From positions 1 to 32,000 of the forward strand of contig JBAZYK010000009.1 of the NCBI GenBank assembly GCA_041659405.1: 32,000 nucleotides of DNA, in the 5' to 3' direction. A program made the position numbers and the translations under genes. The DNA comes from Candidatus Altimarinota bacterium. GTDB taxonomy: Bacteria; Patescibacteriota; Gracilibacteria; UBA1369. Under the pieces are notes generated by a model. The model made no database searches. It was not told where the DNA came from and was given only the letters and a program-made list of their open reading frames with translations. This document shows, in pieces, positions 15,121-24,224 of the stretch (position 1 is its first letter; each line of letters starts with the position of its first letter).

Positions 15121-15807
15121 CTACGACGCATACTCCTGGCGCCCCTGCATCGCTTTGGACAAAGTTAATTCATCCGCATAATCAAGATCTCCGCCAGCCG
15201 GAAGCCCACGTGCAATTCTGGTTATACTAATTCCCATGGGTTTTAATAGGCGCATCAGATACATAGCGGTGGTTTCACCTTCAAGACTTGGATTGGTCGC
15301 CAAAATGACCTCTATTTTAGGTTTAGAGGTAGCTGGCTGTGCACCCATCAGTTGATCATCAGCCTGTTGATCAGTTTGTGGAGAATTTCTTTCCGCCAGC
15401 ATTGTTTTTAGTCGATCCTCCAATGCCTGAATTTTAAGCTGTTCCGGGCCAATACCGTCCACTGGCGATAAAACCCCATGCAGCACATGATAAATCCCCT
15501 TATATTCAAAAGTTTTTTCCAAAGCAACAACGTCCAAAACCTCTTCCACCACGCAAATTTGATGCTGATTACGGCTGATATCACCGCACAACCTGCACAA
15601 ATCCCCTTCAGTAATATTCCAGCAACGTTTACAAAAAGAAAGGCCCTTTTTAAGCCCGGAAACCGCATCCGAAAGCTGTTGCACGCGAATTTCCGGCGAA
15701 TACAACAAATGCATAGCCAACCGCTGCGCCGATTTCGGCCCAACCCCAGGCAAGCGCGAAAACTCCTCAATTAACTTCTGAATAGATGGCGGTAAAAAAG
15801 AACTCAT
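15121..15807 (-). CDS. recR: Recombination protein RecR
   Basis: Motifs: LIEEFSRLPGVGPKSAQRLAMHLL (HhH), a C4 zinc finger (CKRCWNITEGDLCRLC), and Toprim (ICVVEEVLDV...ILATNPSLEGETTAMY). The start is set at ATG 15807 (MSSFLPPSIQKL...), which aligns with the RecR N-terminus. The tracked TTG at 15870 adds 21 hydrophobic residues and runs into a hairpin arm. Confidence 0.9.
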   Translation of the reverse strand: MSSFLPPSIQKLIEEFSRLPGVGPKSAQRLAMHLLYSPEIRVQQLSDAVSGLKKGLSFCKRCWNITEGDLCRLCGDISRNQHQICVVEEVLDVVALEKTFEYKGIYHVLHGVLSPVDGIGPEQLKIQALEDRLKTMLAERNSPQTDQQADDQLMGAQPATSKPKIEVILATNPSLEGETTAMYLMRLLKPMGISITRIARGLPAGGDLDYADELTLSKAMQGRQEYAS

Positions 15808-15868
15808 AAGAAACAAAAATACAATATTACTTATAACAAAATCCCCCCCAATTAACCAGAAATAACTC

Positions 15869-15952
15869 AAAATCTAAAAAATAAATATTTCACTGAGCAC
15901 ATCCGGGGTAGGGGCCCTGTGTGCGAAGGGGAATATTTATTTTTTAGATTTT
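15869..15952. repeat. Long intergenic hairpin (21-bp perfect AT-rich stem, 38-nt GC-rich core) between folE and recR
   Basis: 15869-15889 (AAAATCTAAAAAATAAATATT) is the exact reverse complement of 15932-15952. Inner pairs are T15890-G15931 and C15891-G15930. The core is ACTGAGCACATCCGGGGTAGGGGCCCTGTGTGCGAAGG, with an internal GCACA/TGTGC helix. Confidence 0.8.
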
Positions 15953-15959
15953 CGAAGCC

Positions 15960-16514
15960 TTACTTCCCGATTAATTTTAGGAATTCGCTACGTGTGTTTT
16001 GTTCTTTCTTAAACAGTCCCAAAAGCGCCGAAGTCGTAACTTCGCTGTTTTGTTTTTCCACGCCGCGCGCCATCATGCAAAAGTGTTTTGCCTCCATAAT
16101 CACACCAACACCTTTTGGCTTCAGGATCTCATATAAAGCCTTAGCAATCTGATTAGTCAGACGCTCCTGATTCTGCAATCTGCGTGCATAAATTTCCACC
16201 AGACGTGGCAATTTGGAAAGCCCAATAATTTTTCCATCCGGAATATAACCAATGTGAACTTTCCCAAAGAATGGGAGAATATGGTGCTCACAATTTGAAT
16301 AAAACTCGATATTTTTCACCACAATCATCTCGTCATAAAGCTCATCCCCAAAAACCGTTAAAACATCTTCCGGTTTTTGTTTGTAGCCGGAAAAAAGCTT
16401 GTCATAAGCCGCAATCACCCGTCTAGGAGTATCTTTCAACCCTTCTCTTTCCGGATCTTCCCCCATGTGTTCAATCAACGCACGAATCAATTTTTCCGAA
16501 TCTTTTTGAGACAT
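15960..16514 (-). CDS. folE: GTP cyclohydrolase I (FolE type I)
   Basis: 184 aa. Motifs: [39 protein letters not shown] and HFCMMARGV. Confidence 0.9.
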   Translation of the reverse strand: MSQKDSEKLIRALIEHMGEDPEREGLKDTPRRVIAAYDKLFSGYKQKPEDVLTVFGDELYDEMIVVKNIEFYSNCEHHILPFFGKVHIGYIPDGKIIGLSKLPRLVEIYARRLQNQERLTNQIAKALYEILKPKGVGVIMEAKHFCMMARGVEKQNSEVTTSALLGLFKKEQNTRSEFLKLIGK

Positions 16515-16595
16515 AATAAAAACTAATCAAGGTAAAAAGCGTCATCTGCAGGCACTTTATAGCACTAATTCGAATTTTAGAAAACCAATTCCTGA

Positions 16596-18677
16596 TTAAG
16601 AAACTTCTTTTACCGGATATATTCGCGCGATTTTACCATCTGCAACGATTCTGACTTTCTTATGACCGGCAAAATCATTGCTTAATCCCAAAGCCCTTTC
16701 CCCCAAACAGTTACGGATAACTTCTCGAGTTTTTGCAATAAGTGGATTAGCAGCTCCCTTCGCGTAATCTTTAATTAGAATATTTCTATCATGAAAAAGA
16801 AGAGTTACCCCTCTTTCCAATGCCAATGTTTCAATATGTCCTCGACCTGGTTCAGTTGCATAAACAATCATCGCAGCGCCCTCTTTTGGCATCGCTCTAT
16901 CCAACGTGGGCGTTTGCGTTGAGCCCATCCAGCTAGTGGCATATACCACTAACCCTTTTTTATCATTGTTATTATCATAAACATTCAATAAATCTAACTC
17001 TTGATCACAAATACCTTCAGCTGAACATTCATAAATTGGGTGCATATCTTTAGGAAATTCAACCGGAGGTGCATTAAACATTTTTGCTGGCAACGGTCTT
17101 GCCTGTAAAAAATCAAAACTTAGCCTCCCCTTGCTCCATTCGTGTTTAAACGAGAACTCAATTTGAACCGGCCGCCCATAATATCTTTCCAGTATGCGAG
17201 CAAAAGCAATAATGTCCGTTGACTGAAATTCTAAATGATCCATCTGCCAAAACTCACCCTGTACGCGACTTGCACATTTAAATACCTCTACCCCACTTTG
17301 GTCTAAAAATGTCAGTTTATCAAACTCAGGAGTATCAAAAATAAAAGGGGCCCTTTGATTTTCACCCTTCATATCCACAGTATCATCTGAATATGGTCTT
17401 GTTGAATTGATATACCTAAGATCAGGGTCTTCGATTCGTTCCTGAACGACAAGCCCCATAAGCTCTTCTTCAACACCATTATCCGCTCTATATTTTTTTG
17501 CAATCTCAGAATCACAACTTTCATAAACTTTTTGAACGGCCTCCAAAAATTGTTGAAAAGTGGCATCTTCTTCAAGTGGAACACTCAAATAAATTCCCGC
17601 ACCGGTCATCTTTTCTCCATCCTCGGAATAAACTGCACTACTACGGACCATCATTGGTTTTTCCTTATACATTTCATATGTTGCTCGAAGGTTTTCTGTA
17701 ACATCTTCTTTATTTTTCCATTTTTTATAAATGTCTATTCCTACAAGGCTGAATGGAGGAATAGAAATATTAGCCGCAAGCTGCCCAAATTGAGTCCCTT
17801 TAAATTTTGGAAGGAGTTTTTGTACTGCTATAAGATTTGCCCCTTTTGCCCCAAATAATAAGCGATCTCTATTAACTTCAGCATGATCAACGTTGCCAAG
17901 TGCATCCATCAATTTTTTCTCTGCTTCAATTGCTTTAATTACTTCAACCACATACCTAAGACTGCCCATTGACTGCCCTCCATTTGTAAAGTTGAAATTA
18001 ATGTCATCATATCGGGATAATCCGTAAACGCCTTCTGGGGTTAGAGGTTTTCCTGATTCATCATCAGAATACCTTTTGTGTACTGATAATTTTCCGCTAG
18101 AAGCTATCCAGGCAATTCCTAAATTTAAACTCTGGGCCAATTGGTAACGTTGTGCAAGTGGCATTTTAGGATCAATTGCGTCGGCTTCTTTTTCAAGAAT
18201 TTTTACAGGAGTTAATTCCATTTCTTGAATAATTGATCGCAAACAATCAATACTAAGGTCAATTGCGTGATATATTTCCCACCTTGGGTCCTCATTTCCC
18301 TCCTCATCATCAGAGCTTTCCGCATCTTCATTAAGCTCATCATTTACATCTTCCTGATCAGGATTTTGCTCTGTATAAACATCACTTACTTCTAAGAGAT
18401 TTTTTTGTTCAGCTAATTTAGCCGATACTTGGCTAATAAAGGCCATATAACCGTTTTCATCTAAAAATGATCCTTGAATGGAAGAAAAAGCTTTGTCTAT
18501 AATTGCCCAGGAACTGTCACCAAAACCCTTAAGATCCGTAAAGTAAGCCCTCATGTCTTCAACGATTCTCGCAGCAACTTCTTCGGAATTAGTTGGGTTG
18601 CCACCTTCAAAATGAAGTTCCTCCAAAGCATTTGTAATACCTGATTCTAATTGATTGTCCCTGACTTGCGCTTCCAT
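16596..18677 (-). CDS. PEP-utilising-enzyme-like protein: unknown acidic N-terminal region, then PPDK_N-type ATP-grasp, then swivel phospho-His domain, with no PEP/pyruvate TIM barrel
   Basis: 693 aa. LLFGAKGANLIAVQKL resembles the GGKGANL nucleotide-binding start. MMVRSSAVYSEDGEKMTGAGIYLSV resembles VRSSAxxED...AGxxxT.L.V. Also present are LMGLVVQERI, GRPVQIEFSF and FLQARPLP. The C-terminal GAAMIVYATEPGRGHIETLALERGV...VRIVADGKIARIY resembles the mobile His domain (candidate His614 at 16836-16838). The first ~270 aa include a poly-acidic tract (DQEDVNDELNEDAESSDDEEGNED). Confidence 0.6.
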   Translation of the reverse strand: MEAQVRDNQLESGITNALEELHFEGGNPTNSEEVAARIVEDMRAYFTDLKGFGDSSWAIIDKAFSSIQGSFLDENGYMAFISQVSAKLAEQKNLLEVSDVYTEQNPDQEDVNDELNEDAESSDDEEGNEDPRWEIYHAIDLSIDCLRSIIQEMELTPVKILEKEADAIDPKMPLAQRYQLAQSLNLGIAWIASSGKLSVHKRYSDDESGKPLTPEGVYGLSRYDDINFNFTNGGQSMGSLRYVVEVIKAIEAEKKLMDALGNVDHAEVNRDRLLFGAKGANLIAVQKLLPKFKGTQFGQLAANISIPPFSLVGIDIYKKWKNKEDVTENLRATYEMYKEKPMMVRSSAVYSEDGEKMTGAGIYLSVPLEEDATFQQFLEAVQKVYESCDSEIAKKYRADNGVEEELMGLVVQERIEDPDLRYINSTRPYSDDTVDMKGENQRAPFIFDTPEFDKLTFLDQSGVEVFKCASRVQGEFWQMDHLEFQSTDIIAFARILERYYGRPVQIEFSFKHEWSKGRLSFDFLQARPLPAKMFNAPPVEFPKDMHPIYECSAEGICDQELDLLNVYDNNNDKKGLVVYATSWMGSTQTPTLDRAMPKEGAAMIVYATEPGRGHIETLALERGVTLLFHDRNILIKDYAKGAANPLIAKTREVIRNCLGERALGLSNDFAGHKKVRIVADGKIARIYPVKEVS

Positions 18678-18761
18678 TGGATTTTAGCTTACATATCCTG
18701 CTCACGATCACCCTGTAGAGAGGGTAGAACTCTATCACTAAAAAGGCGTTGGTCAAGCAAA

Positions 18762-18938
18762 ATCACCAGTTTTTCAAAGTTTCCGGAGGGAATGTTTTTT
18801 TGGCGACATTGCGAGCGCAGCCAGTCGAGCATCATGATGCGAGACTTTCGGAAAGGCGTACATGTTAGCCTTTTCGAACAGGCGAAGCGTTCGCCAAAAA
18901 AACATTCCCTCCGGAAACCCTCATTGAAAACTGGTGAT
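18762..18938 (+). repeat. Conserved-core / variable-arm hairpin element, copy C (longest stem)
   Basis: Perfect 27-bp stem: 18780-18806 (TTTCCGGAGGGAATGTTTTTTTGGCGA) pairs with 18891-18917. Beyond a small internal loop there is a further ~15-bp extension, 18762-18777 with 18924-18938, carrying one bulged T. The core 18807-18890 is homologous to copies A and B. The element fills the carB to 693-aa-gene intergenic region, and its right end touches the carB stop codon. Confidence 0.85.
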
Positions 18939-21900
18939 CATGTATACTCCGCCCACTCTTTAATCTTCAAATCCTCCAGTTTGTATCTCGATAAAGCCTC
19001 AACAATCACACCCGCAACCTGCAAATTGGTCACCAGCGGAATGTTTAAGTCGATGGCTTTACGTCTGATCAAATAGCCATCAGTCACCTCTTCACGACTA
19101 TAATTTTTTGGGATATTGACCACAAGATGAATTTTTCCGCTGCCCAAAAGATCCAACAAATTGGGTTTTTGTTTACCGCTGATTTTGTGTACCAAAGTGT
19201 TGCGAATTTCATTTGCATCCAAAAACGCCGAAGTCCCTTCCGTGGCAAAAAGTTCAAATCCAAGACTCTGCAATTTACGGGCAGACTCCAAAAATTCCGC
19301 TTTATCTTCAATTTTTCCAATGCTCAAAAGTACGCGTTTTTCAGGAATCTTAAATCCAACCGAAATCATTGATTTCAAAAATGCTTCATACATATCATTT
19401 CCAAAACAAGCGACTTCGCCAGTTGAAGCCATTTCTACGCCCAAAACCGGATCGGCACCCTTCAAACGTGAAAAAGAAAATTGCGAAACTTTCACACCAA
19501 CATGATCCAAATCCAAAGTCCTGTAATTTTGTTTACGGAAATAGCTTAAAGATTTTCTGCCAAGCATTGCCTGGGTCGCAATTTCAATAAAATTATAGCC
19601 TGTAACTTTGGATGAAAATGGAAAAGATCGGCTCGCCCGCAGGTTACACTCGATCACCTTAATTTGGTTACTCTTAGCCAAAAATTGGATATTGAAAGGC
19701 CCGGTAATTTTAAGTTCGCGCGCGATTTTTCTGGTAACATCTTTCACTCTGCGAATCGTTTCAATATAAAGTTTTTGCGGAGGAAGCACGATGGACGCAT
19801 CTCCGGAATGCACACCCGCATTTTCAATATGTTCGGCAATCGCATAGATCAAAATATCGCCTTTCAAAGCCACGGCATCGACTTCAATTTCTTTGGCCCC
19901 GGTTTCAAATTTGCTCACCACCACCGGCGCATCAGAAGAAATTCGCGTCGCTTTATTTAAAAACGCCATCAAAGTTTCATCGGTGTGTGCCACGCTCATT
20001 GCCGCACCGGAAAGCACATAAGAAGGTCTTACCAAAACCGGATAACCAACATCTTTCGCAAACTTTTTTACCTGATCAATGCCTGTAAGCTCTTGCCATT
20101 TTGGCTGATCAACTCCCAGTTTATCCAACATTTGTGAAAACTTATGTCGATCTTCGGCACGATCAATATTTTCCGCAGTCGTCCCCATAATTTTAATTTT
20201 TTCCTGCGCAAGTTTAAGCGCCAAATTGTTGGGAACCTGTCCTCCCATCGACACAAAAACGCCTTCAGGATTTTCCTTTTCAATAATATCCATCACTCTT
20301 TCCAAAGACAGTTCATCAAAATACAACTTATCCGACATATCATAATCGGTGGAAACGGTTTCCGGATTATAGTTAATCATGATCGTCTCGTAACCACATT
20401 TTCCGACGGAGGTAAGCGCATTAACGCAGCACCAGTCAAACTCAACCGAAGTTCCAATCGCATAAGGACCAGACCCTAAAACAATCATTTTTTTCTTACC
20501 ACGCGCAGAGCCTTTCTTCTTGCTGAAATCCACATCATCCTCTTCCCCATGATAAGTCAGATAAAGATAATTTGTTTTTGCCGGATATTCCCCCGCCATC
20601 GTATCAATCTGTTTTACCACGGGAATCACACCAAGTTTTTTGCGATAATTGCGAAGATCTTTTTCGGTACGGCCGGTAATTTCGGCTAACTGCTTATCGG
20701 AAAAGCCTTCCTGTTTTACTTTTTTTAAAAGATCCCGCGGCAAATCTTTATGTTTTTTTACTTCCGCTTCCGTCTCCACAATATTTTTTAATTTATCCAA
20801 AAACCACAAATCAATTCCGGAAAGTTTATTGATTTTTTCCGTAGACATTCCTTTTTGCAGAGCTTCCGCAATTGCCACAATGCGGCGAGGAGTTGGATGA
20901 CTTATTTCATTCTCCAAATTTTTGTGTTGGATTCCAAGTTTATCATTTGCCACAAAACCATAAAGCCCAATTTGCAGCATACGCAAGCCTTTTTGCATCA
21001 CTTCTTCAAAGCTTCTGCCAATGGCCATAATTTCTCCAACCGACTTCATTTCGGAAGAAATTTCCTGAGAAACCATGCGGAATTTATCCAAATCCCAGCG
21101 TGGAATTTTCAAAGCAAGATAATCAAGCGCCGGTTCAAAGCAGGCAGTTGTGGTCTTGGTAACGGCATTTTTTAATTCAGGCAAGGTATATCCAAGCGAC
21201 AATTTTGCAGCCACATGAGCCAAAGGATAACCGGTAGCCTTACTCGCAAGGGCCGAACTGCGGCTTAAACGCGCGTTTACTTCAATAATACGATAGTCTT
21301 CAGATTTTGGATCAAGCGCGTATTGAATATTACATTCACCCACAATTTTCAAATGTCTGATTACCTTAATCGCAATTTCACGCAAACGGTGATATTCATG
21401 ATTGGTTAAAGTCTGGGAAGGCGCAATTACAATACTTTCGCCGGTATGAATTCCAAGCGGATCAAAATTTTCCATATTACAAACCGTAATGCAGTTATCG
21501 GCCGCATCACGCACCACTTCATATTCAACTTCCTTCCAACCTTTCAGGTTTTCTTCAACCAAAACCTGTGGGGAATAAGCAAAAGCAGTTTCCAAAAGTT
21601 CATCCAATTCTTTTTCACTGTAAGCAAATCCGGACCCCTTTCCTCCAAGTGCAAAAGCCGCCCGAATAATTACGGGATAGCCAATTTTTTCAGCTGCGCG
21701 CATACCTTCCGCTTTGTTTTTACAGGCCAGACTATTTGGCACCTTCATGCCAATTGAAACCATTTCTTTATTGAAAACTTCACGATCTTCCGTCTTTTGA
21801 ATCGCTTCAACCTGGGTTCCTAAAACGCGAACATTGTGTTTCTTTAAAATATTTTTTTCATGAAGTTCAACTCCACAATTAAGCGCTGTTTGCCCACCAA

Positions 21901-22198
21901 AAGTCAGCAAAATACCGTCAGGTTTTTCTTTTTCGATAACCTTCGAAACAAAATAGGCATTCACCGGCAAAAAATAAATTTTATCAGCCAAACCTTTGCT
22001 GGTCTGATTTGTGGCGATATTTGGATTTATGAGAACTGTAAAAATCCCCTCCTCTTTAAGGGCTTTAATGGCTTGAGAACCGGAATAATCAAATTCACCC
22101 GCTTCACCAATTTTCAACGCTCCAGACCCAAGGATTAAAACCTTTTTTGGATGGGCCCTTTTAAGCGATTTTTTATTAGAAGTAAGGGATGAAACCAT
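18938..22198 (-). CDS. carB: Carbamoyl-phosphate synthase large subunit
   Basis: 1086 aa with duplicated ATP-grasp halves. Matching segments include VLILGSGALKIGEAGEFDYSGSQA..., IIEVNARLSRSSALASKATGYPLA, MIVLGSGPYAIGTSVEFDWCCV and IKVIECNLRASRSFPFSSKVTG, plus a C-terminal MGS-like domain. Confidence 0.95.
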   Translation of the reverse strand: MVSSLTSNKKSLKRAHPKKVLILGSGALKIGEAGEFDYSGSQAIKALKEEGIFTVLINPNIATNQTSKGLADKIYFLPVNAYFVSKVIEKEKPDGILLTFGGQTALNCGVELHEKNILKKHNVRVLGTQVEAIQKTEDREVFNKEMVSIGMKVPNSLACKNKAEGMRAAEKIGYPVIIRAAFALGGKGSGFAYSEKELDELLETAFAYSPQVLVEENLKGWKEVEYEVVRDAADNCITVCNMENFDPLGIHTGESIVIAPSQTLTNHEYHRLREIAIKVIRHLKIVGECNIQYALDPKSEDYRIIEVNARLSRSSALASKATGYPLAHVAAKLSLGYTLPELKNAVTKTTTACFEPALDYLALKIPRWDLDKFRMVSQEISSEMKSVGEIMAIGRSFEEVMQKGLRMLQIGLYGFVANDKLGIQHKNLENEISHPTPRRIVAIAEALQKGMSTEKINKLSGIDLWFLDKLKNIVETEAEVKKHKDLPRDLLKKVKQEGFSDKQLAEITGRTEKDLRNYRKKLGVIPVVKQIDTMAGEYPAKTNYLYLTYHGEEDDVDFSKKKGSARGKKKMIVLGSGPYAIGTSVEFDWCCVNALTSVGKCGYETIMINYNPETVSTDYDMSDKLYFDELSLERVMDIIEKENPEGVFVSMGGQVPNNLALKLAQEKIKIMGTTAENIDRAEDRHKFSQMLDKLGVDQPKWQELTGIDQVKKFAKDVGYPVLVRPSYVLSGAAMSVAHTDETLMAFLNKATRISSDAPVVVSKFETGAKEIEVDAVALKGDILIYAIAEHIENAGVHSGDASIVLPPQKLYIETIRRVKDVTRKIARELKITGPFNIQFLAKSNQIKVIECNLRASRSFPFSSKVTGYNFIEIATQAMLGRKSLSYFRKQNYRTLDLDHVGVKVSQFSFSRLKGADPVLGVEMASTGEVACFGNDMYEAFLKSMISVGFKIPEKRVLLSIGKIEDKAEFLESARKLQSLGFELFATEGTSAFLDANEIRNTLVHKISGKQKPNLLDLLGSGKIHLVVNIPKNYSREEVTDGYLIRRKAIDLNIPLVTNLQVAGVIVEALSRYKLEDLKIKEWAEYT

Positions 22199-22340
22199 TG
22201 ATTTATGAAAAGTTTACCAGAGTATAGCGAATGCCTGGAAGCGGAGCAATAGAACTCCAATAAAATTCCCCAAAATCACAAATTTTTTAAGAAATGTTAA
22301 TTTATGCTATGCTCATAACCAAAATTCAAGAATTGCACCA

Positions 22341-23336
22341 ATGAAAGAATTTACCAGACAAATTAAGGATTTTGCCAATTCCATCGGCGTTGACCTTATT
22401 GGCATTGCCCCGGCGGAATATGATGAACAGGGCGAACAAAAATTAGCGGATTTTATTCAGGAAGGCCGGCATGGACAAATGACCTATCTTGAAAATTATC
22501 AAAAACGGGTCCGCCCCCAAGAACTATTGCCGGAAGCCAAAAGCGTGATTGTGATTGCGATCAATTATTATCGCGAAGTTCCGGAAACTGCACAGCTCAA
22601 CCGGCAAAGTCCACGGACTCAGCTCACTCAACAAAATCCACCGGCGCAGCCCGCAGTTCCAGAAGGCCGCATCGCCCGTTACGCTTATGGCCGCGATTAT
22701 CACAAGGTCCTTAAAAAAATCCTTAAACAATTAGCCGCTTTTATTCAGCAAAATTCGCCGGATGCCCGCACCCATTTATGCGTGGATTCAAGCCCTATTT
22801 TAGAGAAAAGTTTTGCCGAAAAAGCCGGTCTTGGTTTTATTGGCAAAAATACCACGCTTATTACGCCGGAATTTGGCTCATTTGTGCTCCTTGGCGAAAT
22901 AATTACCACTCTTCAGCTTGATTACGATCAGCCGCGCGTTGGCACCTGCGGCACATGCACTCGCTGTCAGGATGCTTGCCCCACCAAAGCCATTTTAAGC
23001 CCGGGGCAATTGGACGCACGCCGCTGCATTTCGTATCTCACAATCGAAAATCGCGATGAAATTCCCGAAGAGTTCCACAAAAAAATAGGCAACCTGATTT
23101 ATGGCTGCGATATCTGCCAGGAAGTTTGCCCATACAACAAAGCCAATGCCAAACCACTTACTTTAAAAGCTTTTACGGAAGTCAAAATCGCCGGATCATC
23201 AATCCCTCTTCAAGAAATTCTAAATCTAAAAACCGACGAAGAATTTTTGGCACGCTTCGCCGGATCACCGCTAATGCGGGCCAAAAGAAAAGGTCTGCAA
23301 AGAAACGCGCGGATTGCTGCTCATAACGCCATATAG
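22341..23336 (+). CDS. queG: Epoxyqueuosine reductase (tRNA queuosine biosynthesis)
   Basis: 331 aa. Motifs: IARYAYGRDYHKVLKK, VDSSPILEKSFAEKAGLGFIGKNTTLI, two 4Fe-4S motifs (CGTCTRCQDACPT and CDICQEVCPYN), and RRCISYLTIE. A Gln/Pro-rich insertion sits at about residues 85-105. Confidence 0.85.
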   Translation: MKEFTRQIKDFANSIGVDLIGIAPAEYDEQGEQKLADFIQEGRHGQMTYLENYQKRVRPQELLPEAKSVIVIAINYYREVPETAQLNRQSPRTQLTQQNPPAQPAVPEGRIARYAYGRDYHKVLKKILKQLAAFIQQNSPDARTHLCVDSSPILEKSFAEKAGLGFIGKNTTLITPEFGSFVLLGEIITTLQLDYDQPRVGTCGTCTRCQDACPTKAILSPGQLDARRCISYLTIENRDEIPEEFHKKIGNLIYGCDICQEVCPYNKANAKPLTLKAFTEVKIAGSSIPLQEILNLKTDEEFLARFAGSPLMRAKRKGLQRNARIAAHNAI

Positions 23337-23353
23337 GCATTTTTGGCCTAGCG

Positions 23354-24214
23354 CTACAAATATTTCTGCATCGGATTACTGATGTCTATGTTTGAAATAT
23401 CCAAATCCACAGCCGCAACCGAAGTATGTCCCGGGTCCTCTTCTTCATAAGTTGGACGATCAGCTCTATAAAAAATTCCAGTCGGGATTTTGTCAGTCTG
23501 CAAAGCTTTTTCCATCGCCATTCCAAAGTTGGTTGGATCATAATTTGGATCACTTTCCAGCTTGTAGCAATTTTGCATAAAGTAAGCGTACGTGTTGATT
23601 TTGTTGAAGGTTACGCAAGGTTGCAGAATATCAACCAGCGCAAAACCCTTATGTTTGATGGCTTCTTCAATAATTTTCGTCAACTGAATTGCATCTCCGG
23701 CCGACCCGCGCGCAATAAAAGTTGCCCCGGCCGCAAGCGCCAACGCAATCGGATTAACTGGTTGTTCAATCACCCCAAAAGGCGTTGAAGGCGATTTATA
23801 TCCCTTTTGACTGGTCGGAGCAGCTTGGCCCTTTGTGAGCCCATAAACCATATTGTCGTGCACCAGATAAGTCATGTCCACATTCCTGCGCATGGTATGA
23901 ATAAAATGTCCCATTCCAATGCCATAACCGTCACCATCGCCACTATCGGCAATTACCGTAAGTTTTGGATTCGCGAATTTTACCGCAACCGCAGGAGGCA
24001 AAGAACGGCCATGCAATGCATGCAAACCGTAAGTGTCCACCCAGTGCGTTAATTTGCTGCTGCAACCGATTCCGGCCACAATCGCCACATTATGCGGCTC
24101 AATTTGCAAATTAACCAAAGCCTGTTTAACCGCAACCTGTATACCAAAATCACCACATCCCGGGCACCAATCCGGCCTTGCTACCGTATTAAAATCTTTA
24201 AGTTCTACTGGCAT
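23354..24214 (-). CDS. 2-oxoacid:ferredoxin oxidoreductase, beta (TPP-binding) subunit
   Basis: 286 aa. Motifs: WCPGCGDFGI, GIGCSS, the TPP-binding GDGDGYGIGMGHF, and VYGLTKGQ. Confidence 0.85.
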   Translation of the reverse strand: MPVELKDFNTVARPDWCPGCGDFGIQVAVKQALVNLQIEPHNVAIVAGIGCSSKLTHWVDTYGLHALHGRSLPPAVAVKFANPKLTVIADSGDGDGYGIGMGHFIHTMRRNVDMTYLVHDNMVYGLTKGQAAPTSQKGYKSPSTPFGVIEQPVNPIALALAAGATFIARGSAGDAIQLTKIIEEAIKHKGFALVDILQPCVTFNKINTYAYFMQNCYKLESDPNYDPTNFGMAMEKALQTDKIPTGIFYRADRPTYEEEDPGHTSVAAVDLDISNIDISNPMQKYL

Positions 24215-24224
24215 AATAATTAAT

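Noticed and set aside
15808-15870. TTG-initiated 21-codon extension of recR (MSYFWLIGGDFVISNIVFLFL)
   Set aside because: RecR homology begins exactly at the ATG at 15807. The extension starts inside the left arm of the 15869-15952 hairpin and uses a TTG.
18938-22198. carB without an adjacent carA, plus many 60-110-aa antisense ORFs inside carB, korA and other long genes
   Set aside because: carA is often unlinked, so its absence from a 32-kb window says nothing. The antisense ORFs are typical shadow frames of long genes and have no independent support.
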